Positions 1-14,587 of a stretch of DNA of 64,000 bases are shown one piece after another. The notes under the pieces are model-generated. The model did no database searches. It was not told the DNA's origin and worked only from the letters and a program-made list of their open reading frames with translations. The translations under genes were made by a program, and so were the position numbers. This stretch comes from Isurus oxyrinchus (Eukaryota). Location of the stretch: the NCBI GenBank assembly GCA_026770705.1, contig JANJGN010000017.1, positions 110,050,001 to 110,114,000 on the forward strand. The letters run 5' to 3'. Each line of letters starts with the position of its first letter. Position 1 is the first letter of the stretch.

Positions 1-760
1 GTGTATGGAAAGAAACTTGCAAGGGATGTCAAGGTTGAAATTTTTTCCCAATTACCATAGGAAAGAGGTGACTAGATGCAATGTGGCCCCTTTGAAAGCT
101 ATTAATGATATCATAAATGAAAATTAGAAAATAGTGGACATGTTGAATAATCACTTTGTGGCAGCATTTTAAGCATCAATGACGACTTGCATTTGTATAG
201 TACCTTTAACAAAATAAAACCTCCTGAGGTGTTTCACAGGAGCATTATCAAACAACATTTGGCACTGAGCCCCATAAGGATATATTAGGGCATATGACCA
301 AAAGCTTGGTTAAATAAGTATATTAACAAGGATCTTAAAAGAGGAAAGAGTAATGCAGAGGTTTATGGAGGGAATTTCACAGCTTAGGGCCTTAGCAGCT
401 AAAGGCATATCCAACAATGTTTCATTTGAAATCAGGGATGCTCAAGTGGCCAGAATTAGAGTAGCACAGATAAGCTAACAGATTGCTGGAGGACTAGAAT
501 ATTTTGGTGGTGGGGGGCAAGGTTATGCTACAGACATACAAACAAAGGACAGTAGAAGCTTAGGAATCTCTTCAAATAAAACATCAATTAATGCTAAATT
601 AACTGTTAAGTTTAACTCTGAGATTGATATATTTTTGTTAACTCAGAATATTAGGGGATATGGGGCAAAGGTGGGTATATGAAGTTAGGTCACAGTTCAG
701 GTGATCTCATTGAAGGGTGCAACTGGCTAAAAGGGATACATGGCCTCCTGTTCCTGTTTT
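1..760. mobile_element. Mosaic of old LINE fragments (CR1 ORF2 piece, L2-type 3' end, CR1 3' end)
   Basis: YGKKLARDVK/NVAPLK-like CR1 sequence at 1-170; acttgcatttgtatagtacctttaac L2-type tail at ~185; ggcctcctgttcctg CR1 tail at ~745. Confidence 0.5.
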
Positions 761-1064
761 TCCTTTTATATTTTACTAAGGGGGCTACTCAATGGGTGTA
801 GTTTTTTTTTGTGGAATCACTTTTGTTAATTTCTTCTTGAGGAAGATGCTCCTTTCTTCATTTTTGGACACAAATTAAAGGACAAGTCTTTATATGAAAA
901 GAATGTTGGAAAATCAGTAGTCCAAATAATTCTTGGAAGATGGTCATGGCTTCTCCTGGTACTGGCGTTTTAATACTGATAAATTTCATTTTAAAATGTA
1001 AAGTGTTTGTGAAATGCTGAAATATTTATAATTTGTTTATTTTATATAATCAGAACAAAGCACT

Positions 1065-1170
1065 GGACAGAATTTTACAGCCCCTCCCACCGGCAGGATT
1101 TTCTGCTCCCACCAAAGTCAATGGACTTTTGAACAGTTCGCCGCATTTTATGGGCTGTAAAATTCCTCCT
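1065..1170. mobile_element. Small MITE
   Basis: 14-bp perfect inverted core gaattttacagccc / gggctgtaaaattc at the two ends. Confidence 0.55.
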
Positions 1171-1918
1171 GCTAACTTTTGTGCTTTGAGTTGGCATCAT
1201 TTTTATCAGAAACCATCACTACATTAATTGAGATATGAGGTGGAGGGTTAATTGTGGTTACCTCCTCGTAATATACATGGAAGTTGGATGATATGGGTTG
1301 TGGTTAATTTTGACTGAATAAAATTAAGCAGAGGATTAGTAGCGGTTAGCCAGCTGCTGCCTTTTGTCTGTATAGAATGAACCATCACTTTGCAGTTATG
1401 TATCTTTGAAGTGTTGCTTGCAGACTTTGCCCAAAGCTCTGAAAGTGCGGAGGCACTGGACAGTAGTCTGCTTTTACTACCTGTCTGAATGTTGATTGTT
1501 TGGTGGCACCAGCATTCCCAGCTGTACTCTTTGTCTGCCTGCATACCTGCTGGAAAGGTCTGACTCAAGTTTTTCCAGGAATCCTTTTATGGACAGTTGC
1601 TTTGGAGACAATAATGAGGAAGTTGACGGTATTATTAAGCTTTGAACAACAGAGCCTTTGTAGGATTTCGTTTGCTCAGGCCAAGCCCCTTTACTGGAAT
1701 CCTAAGACATATTTTGTCAAATTAATTTCCTGATTAACTCACCAGTTCTGAATTGCTATCGTAATCACCACAGTAATGGCCACAAAATGCATAATTAATA
1801 TATTTTGATAGTTTCAATGCTGGAAATTCTTCCAAGTGGGAAACTTGCAGCCCAAATCATTTTTAAAAATGAGAGCACCTTTTTAGTTGTCAGCCTTTTA
1901 TGAAGAGTTCAATAAGTT

Positions 1919-2770
1919 TACAGTAAGCCTTCACTTAAAGTTGTAGTTGCATTCCTGAAAATTGCAACTTTAAGTGGAACAACTTTAAGCGAATCACATT
2001 TTTCCATTAAAACCAATGTAAAGGCTGTAATTAGGCTTTGTAGGACCATCATCATCAGAGAAAAAATATTAAAACATTACACCCTGCAAGTTGAAATATT
2101 TTACATTGCTAAATTCCTACACAGTATTCATAAAAGAAATAGCTTCAAAATAAATTAATGTAAACATGAAAGAAGAATGGCAACTTTCTACTTGCAGCAT
2201 CTCCTGCTTGCAGACCGAATCAGTTATTCAGCAAAGCAGTTACCCAATCTATGCTTGGTCTTCCTGCACATTGTGAGCAGTGAATGCTGTCCGCAAAACT
2301 GAAACAAGTACAAGTAAATCGTGGCTGGAGGAAACTTGGAGTGAGTGCATATAGGGCCCTGCATGGCAGATGTTCTGTGTCCTGCTCTTTTCATGGGAAG
2401 AGAAAGGGATGCAGGAGGTGATTGAAGAGTGGACTGAGCTTGCTGGAGCTTTGTGGGCAGCTTTGTTCAAGGGCAGCAGTGAATGCCATCACTGCTGTTG
2501 ATTGCAAAGTCCAGACCTGTGTCTAATAACACATGTTATGTGGGCTTCTTCTACAGTCTAAATATTTAAAGGTGAACTGTTCTTCTACATTGTCATATAA
2601 TAGGGAGTGATTTGTCCACTATTCATTTCTCTCAGTCCTTGTATGTTGGCAGATCTTTCAACATCAGGAAATCCCCGATAAGAGAGGTTCAGTCCTAAGC
2701 TGTACATCATAGTCTCACGTTTGGGAATCCTTACCAAAACCCTGTCTTCCAGGCTGTGTCTAACTAGCAT
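1919..2770 (-). mobile_element. Tigger/pogo-like DNA transposon relic
   Basis: ta|cagtaagccttcacttaaag...gcaactttaagtggaacaactttaagcgaa resembles MER82/Tigger-type termini, with an internal 12-bp inverted repeat cacttaaagttg/caactttaagtg. Minus frame FPDVERS resembles a Tigger transposase C-terminus. Extent uncertain. Confidence 0.45.
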
Positions 2771-4877
2771 TCTTAAACTGGAGTATCTTTAGTAGGAGTA
2801 TCGAGGCCAAGACTGGCAATCTTCTTGCTTTCTGTCATTGTAGAGATAAAATATTGATAGGAGGCTTTCAGATTCACGCTACATGTTGGGATAGATGATG
2901 AGAGAAAGAGCAAGAGTACAGTTGAAAAGCTTACATGTGGACTAAGAAATAAGACAAGAAAAAGAGAAAGAAAAGGAACAAAAGGTGTGGCGGAGGCAAG
3001 TTCAATAAAAGCATTCAAAAGAGAATTAAACTGTTACCTGAAAAGGAAAAATGTGCAGGTTTACAGGGAGAAGGCAGGGGAATGGCACGAGGTGAATTGT
3101 CATTCGGAGAGCCAGTGCGGACACAATGGGCCATAAGGCCGCTTTCTGCACTGTAATGATTCTGTGAAGAGAAAACTGGACAATAGCTGAAAGGATGAGT
3201 ACAAAATGCCACCTGGCTGTTCCCTCTTCCCTCTTCCCCATGTGATAATGGAGCTTTTCATTTTTAACCACATTTAGGTTTTTGGCATGAGATGACTCAG
3301 GTGTCCAGGTCAACACCAAACAGCTCAGATCCAGGACAATGTCTCTAGACATTGAAGTGTGCTGTACATTCCTAAAGCAAAGTTTAAATCAATTTGATGA
3401 AGTAGTTTTTGGATCATAAAAGTGGACAATTAAAAGAAGAAATATGTGGTAATATTCCAAGGCATTGTATTTTCTAAATGATTTTATCTGTCTACTTGTC
3501 CTTATTCTTTGAATATATGTCATGGAATTTTTTAGGTACACCTAATCAGACAGGTGGGATTTAGTTTAACATCTCATCCAAAGGATGGCACTCTCTCAGC
3601 ACTGAGGTGGGAGCCCTGATTGTGTGATTGAGTACTGGAGTGGGACTTGGCACAATCTTCTCACTCAGATGATGTTACTACCACTGAGCCAAGTTTTCAT
3701 ACAAGTATGACTGAAAACTATGAGCTGACTACTGCAATAAATTTAGGTATACCCACCAATGCCTCTGGTGATCCGCATGCTTTGGTAGCATGCCACATGA
3801 CTCATTTTAGCCATTTATTATCTCTTGTGCATATTTTGACCAATTTATCAGACATTGTCTTCTGATCACTGCAAAAAGCAAATGCGGAAAAAGAATGGGG
3901 CATTGTGCATCCTGAAGAGAAAGTGGATACACTGATTGTATTATGATCTAACACACAGGTTATAAAAGACATATAACAAAAAGTGTAAGCCTCATGTATT
4001 GTTGGGCATTGTTCATATTTCTTGCATCATATTTTGAATCTATATAAGCTGTGTGCAGTTTATGGCTTAACCCAATAAGTATTATTACTAGTCAAGGATG
4101 GGAGTGACTCTGCATCTGCTGGGTATTGTAGTTTTTTTTTGATTCTTTGATCGGTCATGCATGGTGCTTATAATTATGCATGGTCAAGTCAATAAAACAG
4201 TTGACATTTTATTGTAATTGCCATATGTGATTTTTGAGCTCATCTGCTCATGAGATTTCTTCGTTACATCTTGCTCTTTAGTTATTGTTAGTCAGCCTTT
4301 TCATTCCATCAATTATTTCTTTCCACTTTTTATTTGGTTTCAATCCTTATTTCCTAATGTCTTGTGTTGTTAATCTGCTTAGTCGGAGGTATGTGGTTTA
4401 CTTTCATTGTGGAGGCAATTTCCTGCCAATCCAATTATGCCTGTCTATTTTGCATTTTTAAACAAAATCCCATTTTTAACCATTCATCATAACTCTCTCA
4501 ATATTCCAAATCATATTTCAGAAGCTTGCTGTTTTTTGCATTATTGACATCTGTGAGCAATTACCTTTTTTAATGTACAGTTTTGTTTAGTTATTATTTT
4601 GTTCAGAGTTTAAATGCAATATCTGTACAGTTGTTTGTCAGTTAGTGAGTTTCAATTTAAAGGGTATATTTATTGTTGGCATAATTAATTTTTTTTTGAT
4701 TGAGCGTATTGTTGGAGTACTGAGTCTAGAGGTTTGAGCACCTTTATTGTAAAAAAAATTCCAAGATGTTTCCCAAAAGCGTGAGGTAAGGTCCATTAAA
4801 TGATATGAATGCAAGTCGGTAATATTCATTATATAGGCAGTCTGTACCATAATGAATGCATAAGCACACTGACATGG

Positions 4878-5966
4878 AATAGTCCTGTAGGGAAGGAAAT
4901 CTGCCGTCATTATCCACTTTGGCCTATTTGTGACTCCAGATCCACAGCAATGTGTTTGAATCTTAACTGCCCTCTGAAATAGCCATGCAAGCCACTTAGT
5001 TATATAGGGATGGGCAATAAATGTTGGCCTTGCCAATGTAACTAACATATTTTTATTTTTTCTTGGACTGTGGCTTTAAAAACTACCATGGCTGCAATTT
5101 AAAAAAGATGTTCAATGGAGCAGGAAGAAGAAAACCTACAATGTTGCTATCCTAGAACAGTGTGCCAGGTTGGACAGAATGGTGCTGGAAAGGAGACCTG
5201 GTTTAAGAGGGAACTGTCTAGCGATGGCATTTTTATTGGCCACTGACCAAGTGGCCAGGTTTTGTGTGAGGGTAGTGCAGTAGATCAGCTCCTAGCCTGA
5301 AAAGAGGAAAGACCTGAAATCTCTCTCTTGTGTTTTGTAAGACTCCAGTAATCCTGCCATAGTAGCTATCCAGCTATTCCTCACATCTCTGTATCCTCCT
5401 ATCTTTGAGAAACCCCTGTAAGGAGGAAAAGAGGAAAAATCACCAATAAAGACATTAAAAACAAGTTTTAACCCGAGAACTACAGACTGGAAGTGCTGGG
5501 AGACCACCTTGCATCAGCCACAACAAGGGATTTGGAAGAAATCAATTAAAGTCAACCCATCTAATCCTGACCTCCAGATTGGTGCTATTGAACTGTTTTA
5601 TCTCACCCTTAAAATCCTTGTTTTGTATGCATTATGTGAGTGTGTGTGTGTGTTTGTGCATAGGGGTTAAGAAGGGGTAGTGTTTAAGTTATAGAGTCAA
5701 AAGTTAGCAGTTCATATTTCTTTTGCCACTGGTTAAAGTCAATTTGTTAATAAACAGTTGTTACTAGTTAAGTTTACAAACCTGGTGCTTGTATTCTGTT
5801 AACCTAAATTAAACAATTAGGTAGAATTGGGGCAATTTGGTGGTCTGATTAAACTTCTCACATTTGTCTCGGCTAGAGGAGCAGTGGGGCTTGATACCAC
5901 AGTGCACTATCCCCAGTGAGTCATAACACCAGCGACACCCGCATCCCACAAATGAATGAAAAAAAC
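4878..5966 (+). mobile_element. SINE 3' half (interrupted by the LTR) sharing its tail with the 34589-38089 LINE
   Basis: gggaaggaaatctgccgtc...cttaactgccctctgaaat...gggatgggcaataaatgttggcc...catcccacaaatgaatgaaaaaaa. Confidence 0.7.
5037..5928 (+). mobile_element. Solo LTR (892 bp) inserted in a SINE tail
   Basis: TGTAAC...ATAACA ends, internal AATAAA near 5749, 4-bp ccaa/ccag duplication. The SINE tail ggccttgcca|gcgacacccgcatccc is split exactly here. Confidence 0.7.
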
Positions 5967-7187
5967 AGTGATGAATGGAACCTTCATCTCAACTTAAAAG
6001 TTATTCGCAACCTCTTGAGCCTATATTCTTTTCAAACACCTGTACTGGTGTGAGAAATATAATGACACTTTTAAACAGTTAAAGGTGAAATAAATGTTAT
6101 TAATAGTATATTTGGGCAGCACCAAAAACAGCACTTTGATCTTTAAAGCATTAGATGTGCATAATATGGAAGTTTGAAGTTCACATATTGTTGAGGGGCA
6201 TTCACACTTGAAGGTTCCCCAAAAATGAGATGCTAGGCTCCATCTGGCTATAAAGAAAAAGGAGCTGAGAGATGAGGCCCTTCTCAGCTCATCTCTTTCA
6301 ATTGCCTCCTAAAGGATGGGTAAAGTGCAACACTAACTACTCCTGTAAAAATGTTATAGACTGGACAAACCACTCTGACAACCGAGAACGGTTGCATGGC
6401 TCAGGGTAGTAATTATACAAGATTTGACTTCATTTGTCACTTTTTTCCAGCAATGAATAGTTTTTTCAAAGTAAGCAGCTCAAATTGTGACAGAGCTAAA
6501 TGTCAGCATAGGTATTTCAACATTTTAAGAAATATAGATGCTTCTAGTGATTTAGCCAAGTAATTTACACCATAATTAAATAGAACAGATCACCTTAGCT
6601 GTGCAAGGTATGGAACTTGGCACAGCAGATTGAGAAGATATATTAAAGCCAAAGAAAAGTAAATGGTTTCAGATTATAACAATTGAATGTACCTATTTTC
6701 AAAGTTTTGGTGTCAAACTATTTTTACAGAAACAGAATTGCAGATAAATTTAGAATCTTTGGATTTCTCAGCACTCTTGATAAATTTTTCACATGATCTC
6801 TGAATTATTAATGCATAGAAGGAAGCTATTCAGCCCATCATGTCTGCGCCAGGTCTCCAAATGAGTAACCCACCTCATGCCATTCCCCCACTTTCTCCCT
6901 TCACCCTGCACACTCTCCTTTTTCAAAAAGCTACTTTTCTTTCATCACTTCTATTTGTCAGAAACTGTACCAAGCTTGGCTTGGTTTATGGTGCTTGGCT
7001 AGTGCCATTATGTATGTTCTCCCTCACCGATCTTTCAGGAATTAACCATGGCATTTGTTCTCATGTTTACCCAGGTTTGTCCTGCAATCATTTTATCTCT
7101 CTTTTTCTTTAACATTTGTAGAACAAACATAACCATTCGTGAAATCGAAAGTTCCACTAATTTAGTTTGTCTGTTTCCAAAATGGCA

Positions 7188-7520
7188 ATGACTTGCATTT
7201 ATATTGTGCTTTTAACTAGTATAATATCCCAAGGCACTTCAAAGGAGCATTATCGAAAATGAATTAATACGCTACATGAGGCTTTTGGACAGGTGACCAA
7301 ACACGTCAAAGAGTAAGTTTTAACAGTCGTCTTAAAGGAGGAGAGTAGAGATGTGGAGAGGTTTAGGGAGGCAACCCCTGAATTTAGGACCTAGGCAGAG
7401 AAAGCATGAAAGCCATTGGTGGAGCGATTAAAATTGGGGAAGCGCAAGAGACCAGAATTCGAGTAGTACAAAAATCTTAAAGTGCTGTAAGGCTGGAGGA
7501 GGTTCAGACATAGAGGAGTG
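7188..7520 (-). mobile_element. L2-type LINE 3' fragment
   Basis: acttgcatttatattgtgcttttaac...cccaaggcacttcaaaggagc; homologous to 180-480. Confidence 0.55.
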
Positions 7521-9012
7521 CCTTCTACAGAGGAGTGACATGAAACAACTTCCCTAGCACATGTCTTTTAAAATAGTTTTAGTGGTTATGCGGAGTATCA
7601 GCTTAGTTATGTAACTGGGATGGGTGATGAATACAGCAATACTTATTCCACATAATAGAAATTGTGTGCATGTGGCATTTCAAAATTCAGATTTTGCATT
7701 TCATGGATCTTTTTATAGCTTTCCTAACTTTCTGTTTTCATGTCTGAAGAAAGCTTCACACCTGCATTGGCAACGTACCTTTTCTCATTAGAAGTGCTTG
7801 TCAGGTCTATTGTGGTTTTTCTTTTAGATTTCCAGAATCTGCAGTTTATTTCATTTTATAAAATCATTTTCTTTTCTTTCTTTGCTATTGTTACTTCAAG
7901 TGAAATGTGTGTTTGTGTAGTATTAGTGAGAAGATCATATGTGCACAAAGCCTACAGGTGCAGGGTTTGTACTAGATTTTTCACTTTATCCACATCACTG
8001 TGATAAGGGATGCAAAGTATCCACCTCACTTGTGATCTATTCCCTATTTGCTGTAGATTTCATTATATTCGTATTTCACATTCAGGAGGGACGCTACAGC
8101 TTTTAAATTGTTATTGGAATGAGTTACATGCAGTAGTGGCAGTTAGTCTGATAGCTCTGTAATGTGAATGCAAACTCCAGGGAACATCTGATTGAACATA
8201 TTTATTGTTCAGATTAACCTTTTATTTAAAGCAGCTGCAATTGCTATTTGATGTTTTAAATGCCTGATAATTCAGTAGCATCAGAATCCCGAAATGTTAT
8301 ACATAGGGATCAGCATTGGAATTTTGTTGAGATAATCACCTCTTTAAATGTTGTCCTTTCAAGTGCATGTTGTCCGAGCATTCATTTTACACATGACTTG
8401 AAAGAATAACTTATCTTGCAATTGCGGACAAGCTAAAAGGTCAATTAGCATTAATGGTTGTTTTGGTTTTGAGTGCTCCTAGACCTAACTGTAGAATTTG
8501 ATTATGATTTAAGTATAGATCTTGCATGTGTGTATTAATCTGGAATATGCCACGTGTTTGCCGTCCATCCGTAATTGGGAATGTATTTTCATTTTGCCAG
8601 GTTCCAGTTCTAAAATGATAGGGTAGGAATTGCTGGCAGGAATGGTGCATGCAGAAGATCTGTCTGACTTTAAAGTACTGCAGCAACCACTTGTATAAGC
8701 CACCTTGATAAGTGTCACTGCAAAGTGATTCTATATAGTTACCTTCAGTAATTACTTCTGAGCTTTTAAAATGGTTTGTCATCAGATACTGGCATCTTTT
8801 CAGGGGCACTGCTGTGGATGGCTATTGATGAAAGCTCCCATACTCCAGTAATTTGATATTATTGAAGACTCATAATACTTTGTTCACAGACAGTTTCAGA
8901 AACGAACACACACAATAACAGCTGCTAACTGTGAAAGAAGCTCAGTCTGCAAATTGTTACAAACCCATCAGAAGTTTCAATAGAAGTTTATAGGATCTTA
9001 ATCCATATTACT

Positions 9013-9197
9013 TTTTTTTCTCATTCTTTTATGGGATTTGGCTTTCGCTAGCATGGTCAACATTTATTGCCCATCCCTGTTTGCCTTTGACCTGAGTGGC
9101 TTGCTGGACCATTGCAGAGGGCAGTCAAGAGGCAACCACATTGCTGTGGAGCTGAGCCACATGGTAGGCCAGACCTGGTAAGGATGGCAGATTTACC
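9013..9197 (-). mobile_element. SINE 3' fragment (same family as 4878)
   Basis: catttattgcccatccc...gcagtcaagaggcaaccacattgctgtgg...gatggcagattt. Confidence 0.65.
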
Positions 9198-12100
9198 TCA
9201 TGTTCCTGGGTGGGCAGTGAAAACAAGACAGGATAGCCCAGTTTGTGTGTCAACTAGCACATCTGGCAGTTTGCAAAAGGAATCCTTATGAAGTTGCTGT
9301 TGTTTCATACAGTTCTCCTTTGCAGATACTATCCTTTGGCGTTTGTTGTATAACATTGCTGCTGGTTTATAAAAAAATCCATTTACTTCCCTCTGAGGAT
9401 TCAATATGTCAAAACATGTCACCACAAGAATAATGTTAGCCAGAGGGTGAAAAGGGTGAAAATAACTTAATGTGCTTGCCTAGTGATTATTGTGCTAAAC
9501 TAGTAATGCAGAAGTAATGGATTCTGACCCTACCAAAGCAAACTTTGATTTAATTTGAAAAAAAAAACTGGCTATTTGTGGGCTGGCACCAGAAAATGGC
9601 ATTTTGTGATTAAAATAAAAGCAATAATATCGTTCAGAAAAAGTAACTTTAAAAAGCAAATTGGAAATTTAATTGAAAAGAAGAAATTTGCAGGGCTATG
9701 GAAAAAGAGCAGTGGAGTAGAATTCATTGGATAATTCTTTCCACGAGCCAGTACAGACACAGTAGACGAAATGGCCTCCCCCTTTTCTGTGAGATTCTAT
9801 GAGGGTCTGCTCTACATTTGACTCCAGTCCCACACTATCTGACTGACTCTTAATGCCATCAGTGCAATTAAGGATAGGCATTAAGTATTGTCTTGCCAGT
9901 ATATCCTTGATTCCAAGAACAAATATATAATTGTCATCTGGTCACGGAGAGGATGAAAAGCTCATAGGCTGCTATGCCATCTCAGACCTGATGTTACTTC
10001 CATTAAGTTGCTGATCAAATCTGATACAACAGTTTTGTTTTATAGCCATTGCTGTATCCACTTTTCCCAAGATGGTGCAGTGAAAGCAAAATCCAACTGT
10101 AAGCTTCCCAGTGGCCCAGTTTGTTCAGGCTCTCTGTAACTGCAATGCAAATGAGATTATCCCAATTTAATATCCTTGGACCATTTATCATACAGAAGGC
10201 GCTATTAATGTTAAAGGCTGAAATAAAATTTATGACATCCATGATCAATGAGAGAAGGCTTCTTGTCCAACTGAGTTCAGTTCAGAAGCAGAATGTTTAC
10301 AGTTCAGACTCCTCATGCTATCAGCCATAGATTCTTGCTCTGGTAGCAGGGCAAGACTGTTAAATGATTTAAGTACAGGAAGCAGAGAGGGAGAGACACA
10401 CACACAAGATCGAAGGTTCGAATATGTTGTCATGCTCCTCTTGAGCAAAGCCCCAGAATGAAACTTGTATTGGTACTTTTCACAATGTCTGTGCTTTCTC
10501 TTACAGCTGCTCCCTTTTGTTTGCTAAAATATGAATTGGTGAATCTGTAATGAAAAAAATGATAGGTTTGTAACCATTTCAATTGGCCTAGTTTATTGGT
10601 ACTGAAATATGTTTTATGAGCTATCTGCAGAATTACAGGCATGTCTTAATTGTTTTAGATTAGTTGATTGGTTTATTGTAGATTTTGGTGTACAGTATTG
10701 GATATGTACCAATAGTAATGGAACAGTTTACTATTTTTACCTTTTCAAAATGATTGTAACTATTTCTGTCTATTGCTGTTCCTTTGTAAAGGGCCATTTA
10801 TTTTAAAGCTGTTCCAGGAAATTGAATGGGCATTTCGGGGAAAGAAACTTGCAGGGCTAGAGGAATGCAGTGGGGTAATAGGATTCACTGAATTGCTCTA
10901 CAGAGAGCCAGCATGGACATAATGGACCAAATGGCTTCCTCCTGTGCTGTAAATGACTCTCTCAATCAGAGATGAGAAATGATTTGGTTGTAGTCTGAAG
11001 CTGAAGATAGACTGTATGAGTGAAGGGAACATTATTCCAATTTTAAACTAACATCTAAAAAAGCATTGATTTTCATCAAATAAAGCATTACATTTAACCA
11101 TCAACTGTAAGTAACATAAAGGGGAAATCCAGTGTTAGAGCTAATAAATTTCATAAGTACTTCCTTGTTTTACATATTTTCTCCATTTATCCTGAATGAA
11201 AATTTTATTAATATCACTATTGTTGTTTTTCATCTTCCAGCATTGAAGGAAATAACTTACATCTTTAATATTATTGGAGAATTTGTGTCTTTTGAAAAGT
11301 TCCCTCATGATAGTCTTCACACTGCATGTTATGGAAGCATTAGGTGAAAAAACTTCCACTTATGGCATAGCGTTGAAATCCCATGGGACACAGGTCAAAA
11401 ATGAAGTTAGGAGTAAGAAGGTATACTTTGTTTTTTAATGTTACCAGAGAAGATTATTGAAGCAGCGTGTAAATGGGGCAAAGAGAGAATTAAGTGCTTA
11501 TGGAGAGAGAAAAGCTGAGGAGGACAGTAATAGGTGAGTAAGAATAACCTAGGGGAAAGTACTGGCATGTTTGAGTTTAATGGCTTTCTCTCCTATCCCT
11601 AAAATGCTAATGTTCTTCAGTAAAAGGTTGCATTGCTTACTTGATCAACAGGAAATATTTAGGAGAATTTGAATTCTGAGTGAGCTTTTAGTAGGAAACT
11701 GCTCCAGCGAATTGATTTCCCACACAGCAGGAGGAGGCTGCGGCGATTTTAACTGATGGGCCTTGTTTAAGTACCGTCAGTCCAATTTGCAGCCAGAATG
11801 AGCAAGAGGAGGACGCTGAACGGCTGCCGTCTGATGAAGATCTGGCAGCTAAGGACAGTCATGAGACTTCCATTCAAGTGATTAGTTGGTTGATGGTTTT
11901 GGGCAGTGAGGAGCAAGCAGTGGTGGGGAATTTGGGGCAGGGGAGTCCACAACTTTCACTGTGGTTGCTCGGATGAGCATTCTTGATCCTGGAGGTTGGT
12001 GTATTCTCACTCCTTTGGAAAGGAGTACTGACATATTAGTTCTAAAAAGCCTGGGAAAAGCAAATCATATGAACATTGTCATAATAGTACTGAAATTAAG

Positions 12101-13720
12101 TGTTTGAAAGGGAGTGCATCTGTCCTGGTTACCTCACCACTGGTAACTTTGAGTGGGCCCTATTCAAAAAAAAACATCCTTTGAAGATTGTAATCATACT
12201 CCTATATCTTAATTTCTGTCCATGCTTTTGATACTGTGTTTCTCACTTTGTGAGAGACACTATTACAAATTCAATGGGAAATTGATCCAGGAAAAGGTAG
12301 AACAAAATACTTTTAAGTAAAAAAAAACCTTTTAAAAAAAAATCTGCCCAGTGGAATTTTGAATATTTTACAGACTCTTCTTTTAAGTTTAAAAAATGCT
12401 CAGTGAGAATGAATTTAAATGACAATTACAGAATTATATTTTGAGTGAACTGTATTGTAAAATCCGTGTTGTTCACTTCATGTTGTAAAAGAGGAATTCC
12501 ATTGGCCCAATCAAGTTGGGTTAAATGGCAGCATTTCTCAAATGAGCACAGCGGCTTCAGCTCACTGTTAAATCGCAAGTTCAGGTCATATGCATGATTG
12601 CTGTGAACATTCCAATGTGCTTGTGGGGTAGATTGGGAAATGTGAGGTGGATTGAAGCACATTGGTATACTTTGTATTTTTAGCTGGTCTGTATTTATCA
12701 TTAAACACACTGGAATGCTATTTTAACACATGGGCTTGTAAAATCCACAGTCTGATTTGCATATCAGCAGTCATTACTTCACATTTAAAACTAAGATTGT
12801 TAACCGTCAACATAAAAGAACATAAAAGCAATATTACAGGAGCAAACTGGAAACTGTCAAAGGGAAAATATACAGTGAAGCGTTTGTCTGATATGGACAA
12901 TTTATTTATGCTGCAGTAAGTGACCTGCATCTGCCACCTTTTAACAAGTTTGGAAGAAATGTGCAAGTGAATACCGGAATATTCAAACCTGACCATTTTT
13001 TACATTTTACTTCAGTGGGATTGTTCATTGTCATCTCAGCAACTTCCACCTGTTCTGTACTAGTACAAATCCACCTCACTTCTTCTGTTCAAGAAGCACT
13101 TGTACATCAGGTTCCGGAGTCATTTTCCACTTACTTGCTGTGTGCAAGTACTGCTAATTGATTTCAGTATTCATTCTGCATTTCATTGGACTGAATCATA
13201 TGGAGAAACTTCAACCACAAGAGTGCAGCATTGCTATGCATTGAAATGTTGTATACTATAGTTGTTATATTGAGCAAATATTGATTATTGACTAGGTTAG
13301 CAGTCTCTGCACTTGATTTGACTTAAAGATGGCATCCCTTGTGATGGGAGATTGGAATTGTACTAATCCATGCAATTTAGTTCATCAGGCTTATTCCTTT
13401 CAAGATCATTACACTAACTTAGCCAACTTTCTGAGGCTATATCCTATGGAATTGCTCCCTGGTCACCAAACTAGCAAAGAGAATTTTAGGAACATCAGTC
13501 TCTCCTTACAATTGACTTTGTGAGTGAAAGAATGCTGGCTTTAAACTTACTTACATAACTGCAGCAATCATGATGTGCTTGCAATATAAAGATTGCTGTT
13601 CTGTCCTCTAGCACAGCCATATGAACTGAACTGGCTTCCTCCTGCGCTGTATGATTTTATTATAGTCACTAGAGCCATGGTGTTTTTCTGACTCTTTCTT
13701 TGCCTCCTTTTCTTCAACAG

Positions 13721-13785
13721 GGTGTCTGCCAATTGCCAGATGATAGTGATGGTAGTGATTATCCATTCAGGAGAATTGACATTAG
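13721..13785 (+). CDS. POLB: DNA polymerase beta, internal exon (equivalent to human exon 12)
   Basis: Pyrimidine tract ttcttcaacag| then GVCQLPDDSDGSDYPFRRIDI(R) then AG|gtgag. 65 nt. Matches human [22 protein letters not shown], including the catalytic Asp of RIDIR. Confidence 0.96.
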
Positions 13786-14587
13786 GTGAGTTAATTACAT
13801 AATACTTAAAAGATCTCAGAAGTCACCTCTCCCAACTCACACTTATCTAACTGGTCTGGTCAGAGCCCCAAGGCAGTAATCAAGTTTGATATGAAGACAC
13901 TATTTGTCAGAAAATATTTTGGAAACAGCTGTTTGACGAAGTTAATCCATGATGTATAAGGTCTTTCTTTTTTTTGGTTTGCTTTTCTTCAGTGACTTGC
14001 CAATATAAATGTTAATTATTCCACTCTTCCCTCTGCAATCTCACAAAGAAACAGTTAAGAACCATGTAAAATCTAAATTGACTGTCAGTACAGATTTTGT
14101 ATCGCTGCTGGAAAATGGTGCACAGAACAAGTTAATATATAGGCCATAGAATTTATCAAATGATAATAGAGAATACTAACATTTTTTTCCTTAGTTTGGT
14201 GCAGTGGCTTGGAGTGAATGTTTTATGTTAAAATTATTCTCTCTATATAAGTTGCTGAATAAGCTGGTGGACATCAACTTTCTTGGCAAATAATATGATC
14301 TAGTTATAGCTACTTTTCTGTCTCTGTCCACCATGACACTTTTGATGGTTAAATGCTCTCAAGTAATAATTAACCTTGACTGCTAATATTCTGTTTCCTG
14401 CTGATTTTTGTTTATAACTCATCATCTTGGTTGTTTCCCCTCTCTCTTGGTTTGGATCAATCTTTGACCTGTTGCCCTTACTCTTAGCATTCTAAATCCA
14501 TAGAATTAAATACTTTATAGCATAGGACAAGGACATTGAGCTCATCCTGTCTATGCCAACCCATTATAAGGGAAGTAAATTGAAGCC

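Noticed and set aside
12840-12900. LSKG motif as possible POLB exon 11 (TDTLSKGETKFM)
   Set aside because: Flanking residues (NWKLSKGKYTVK) and splice sites do not match. Exon 11 was not found and is probably upstream of the window.
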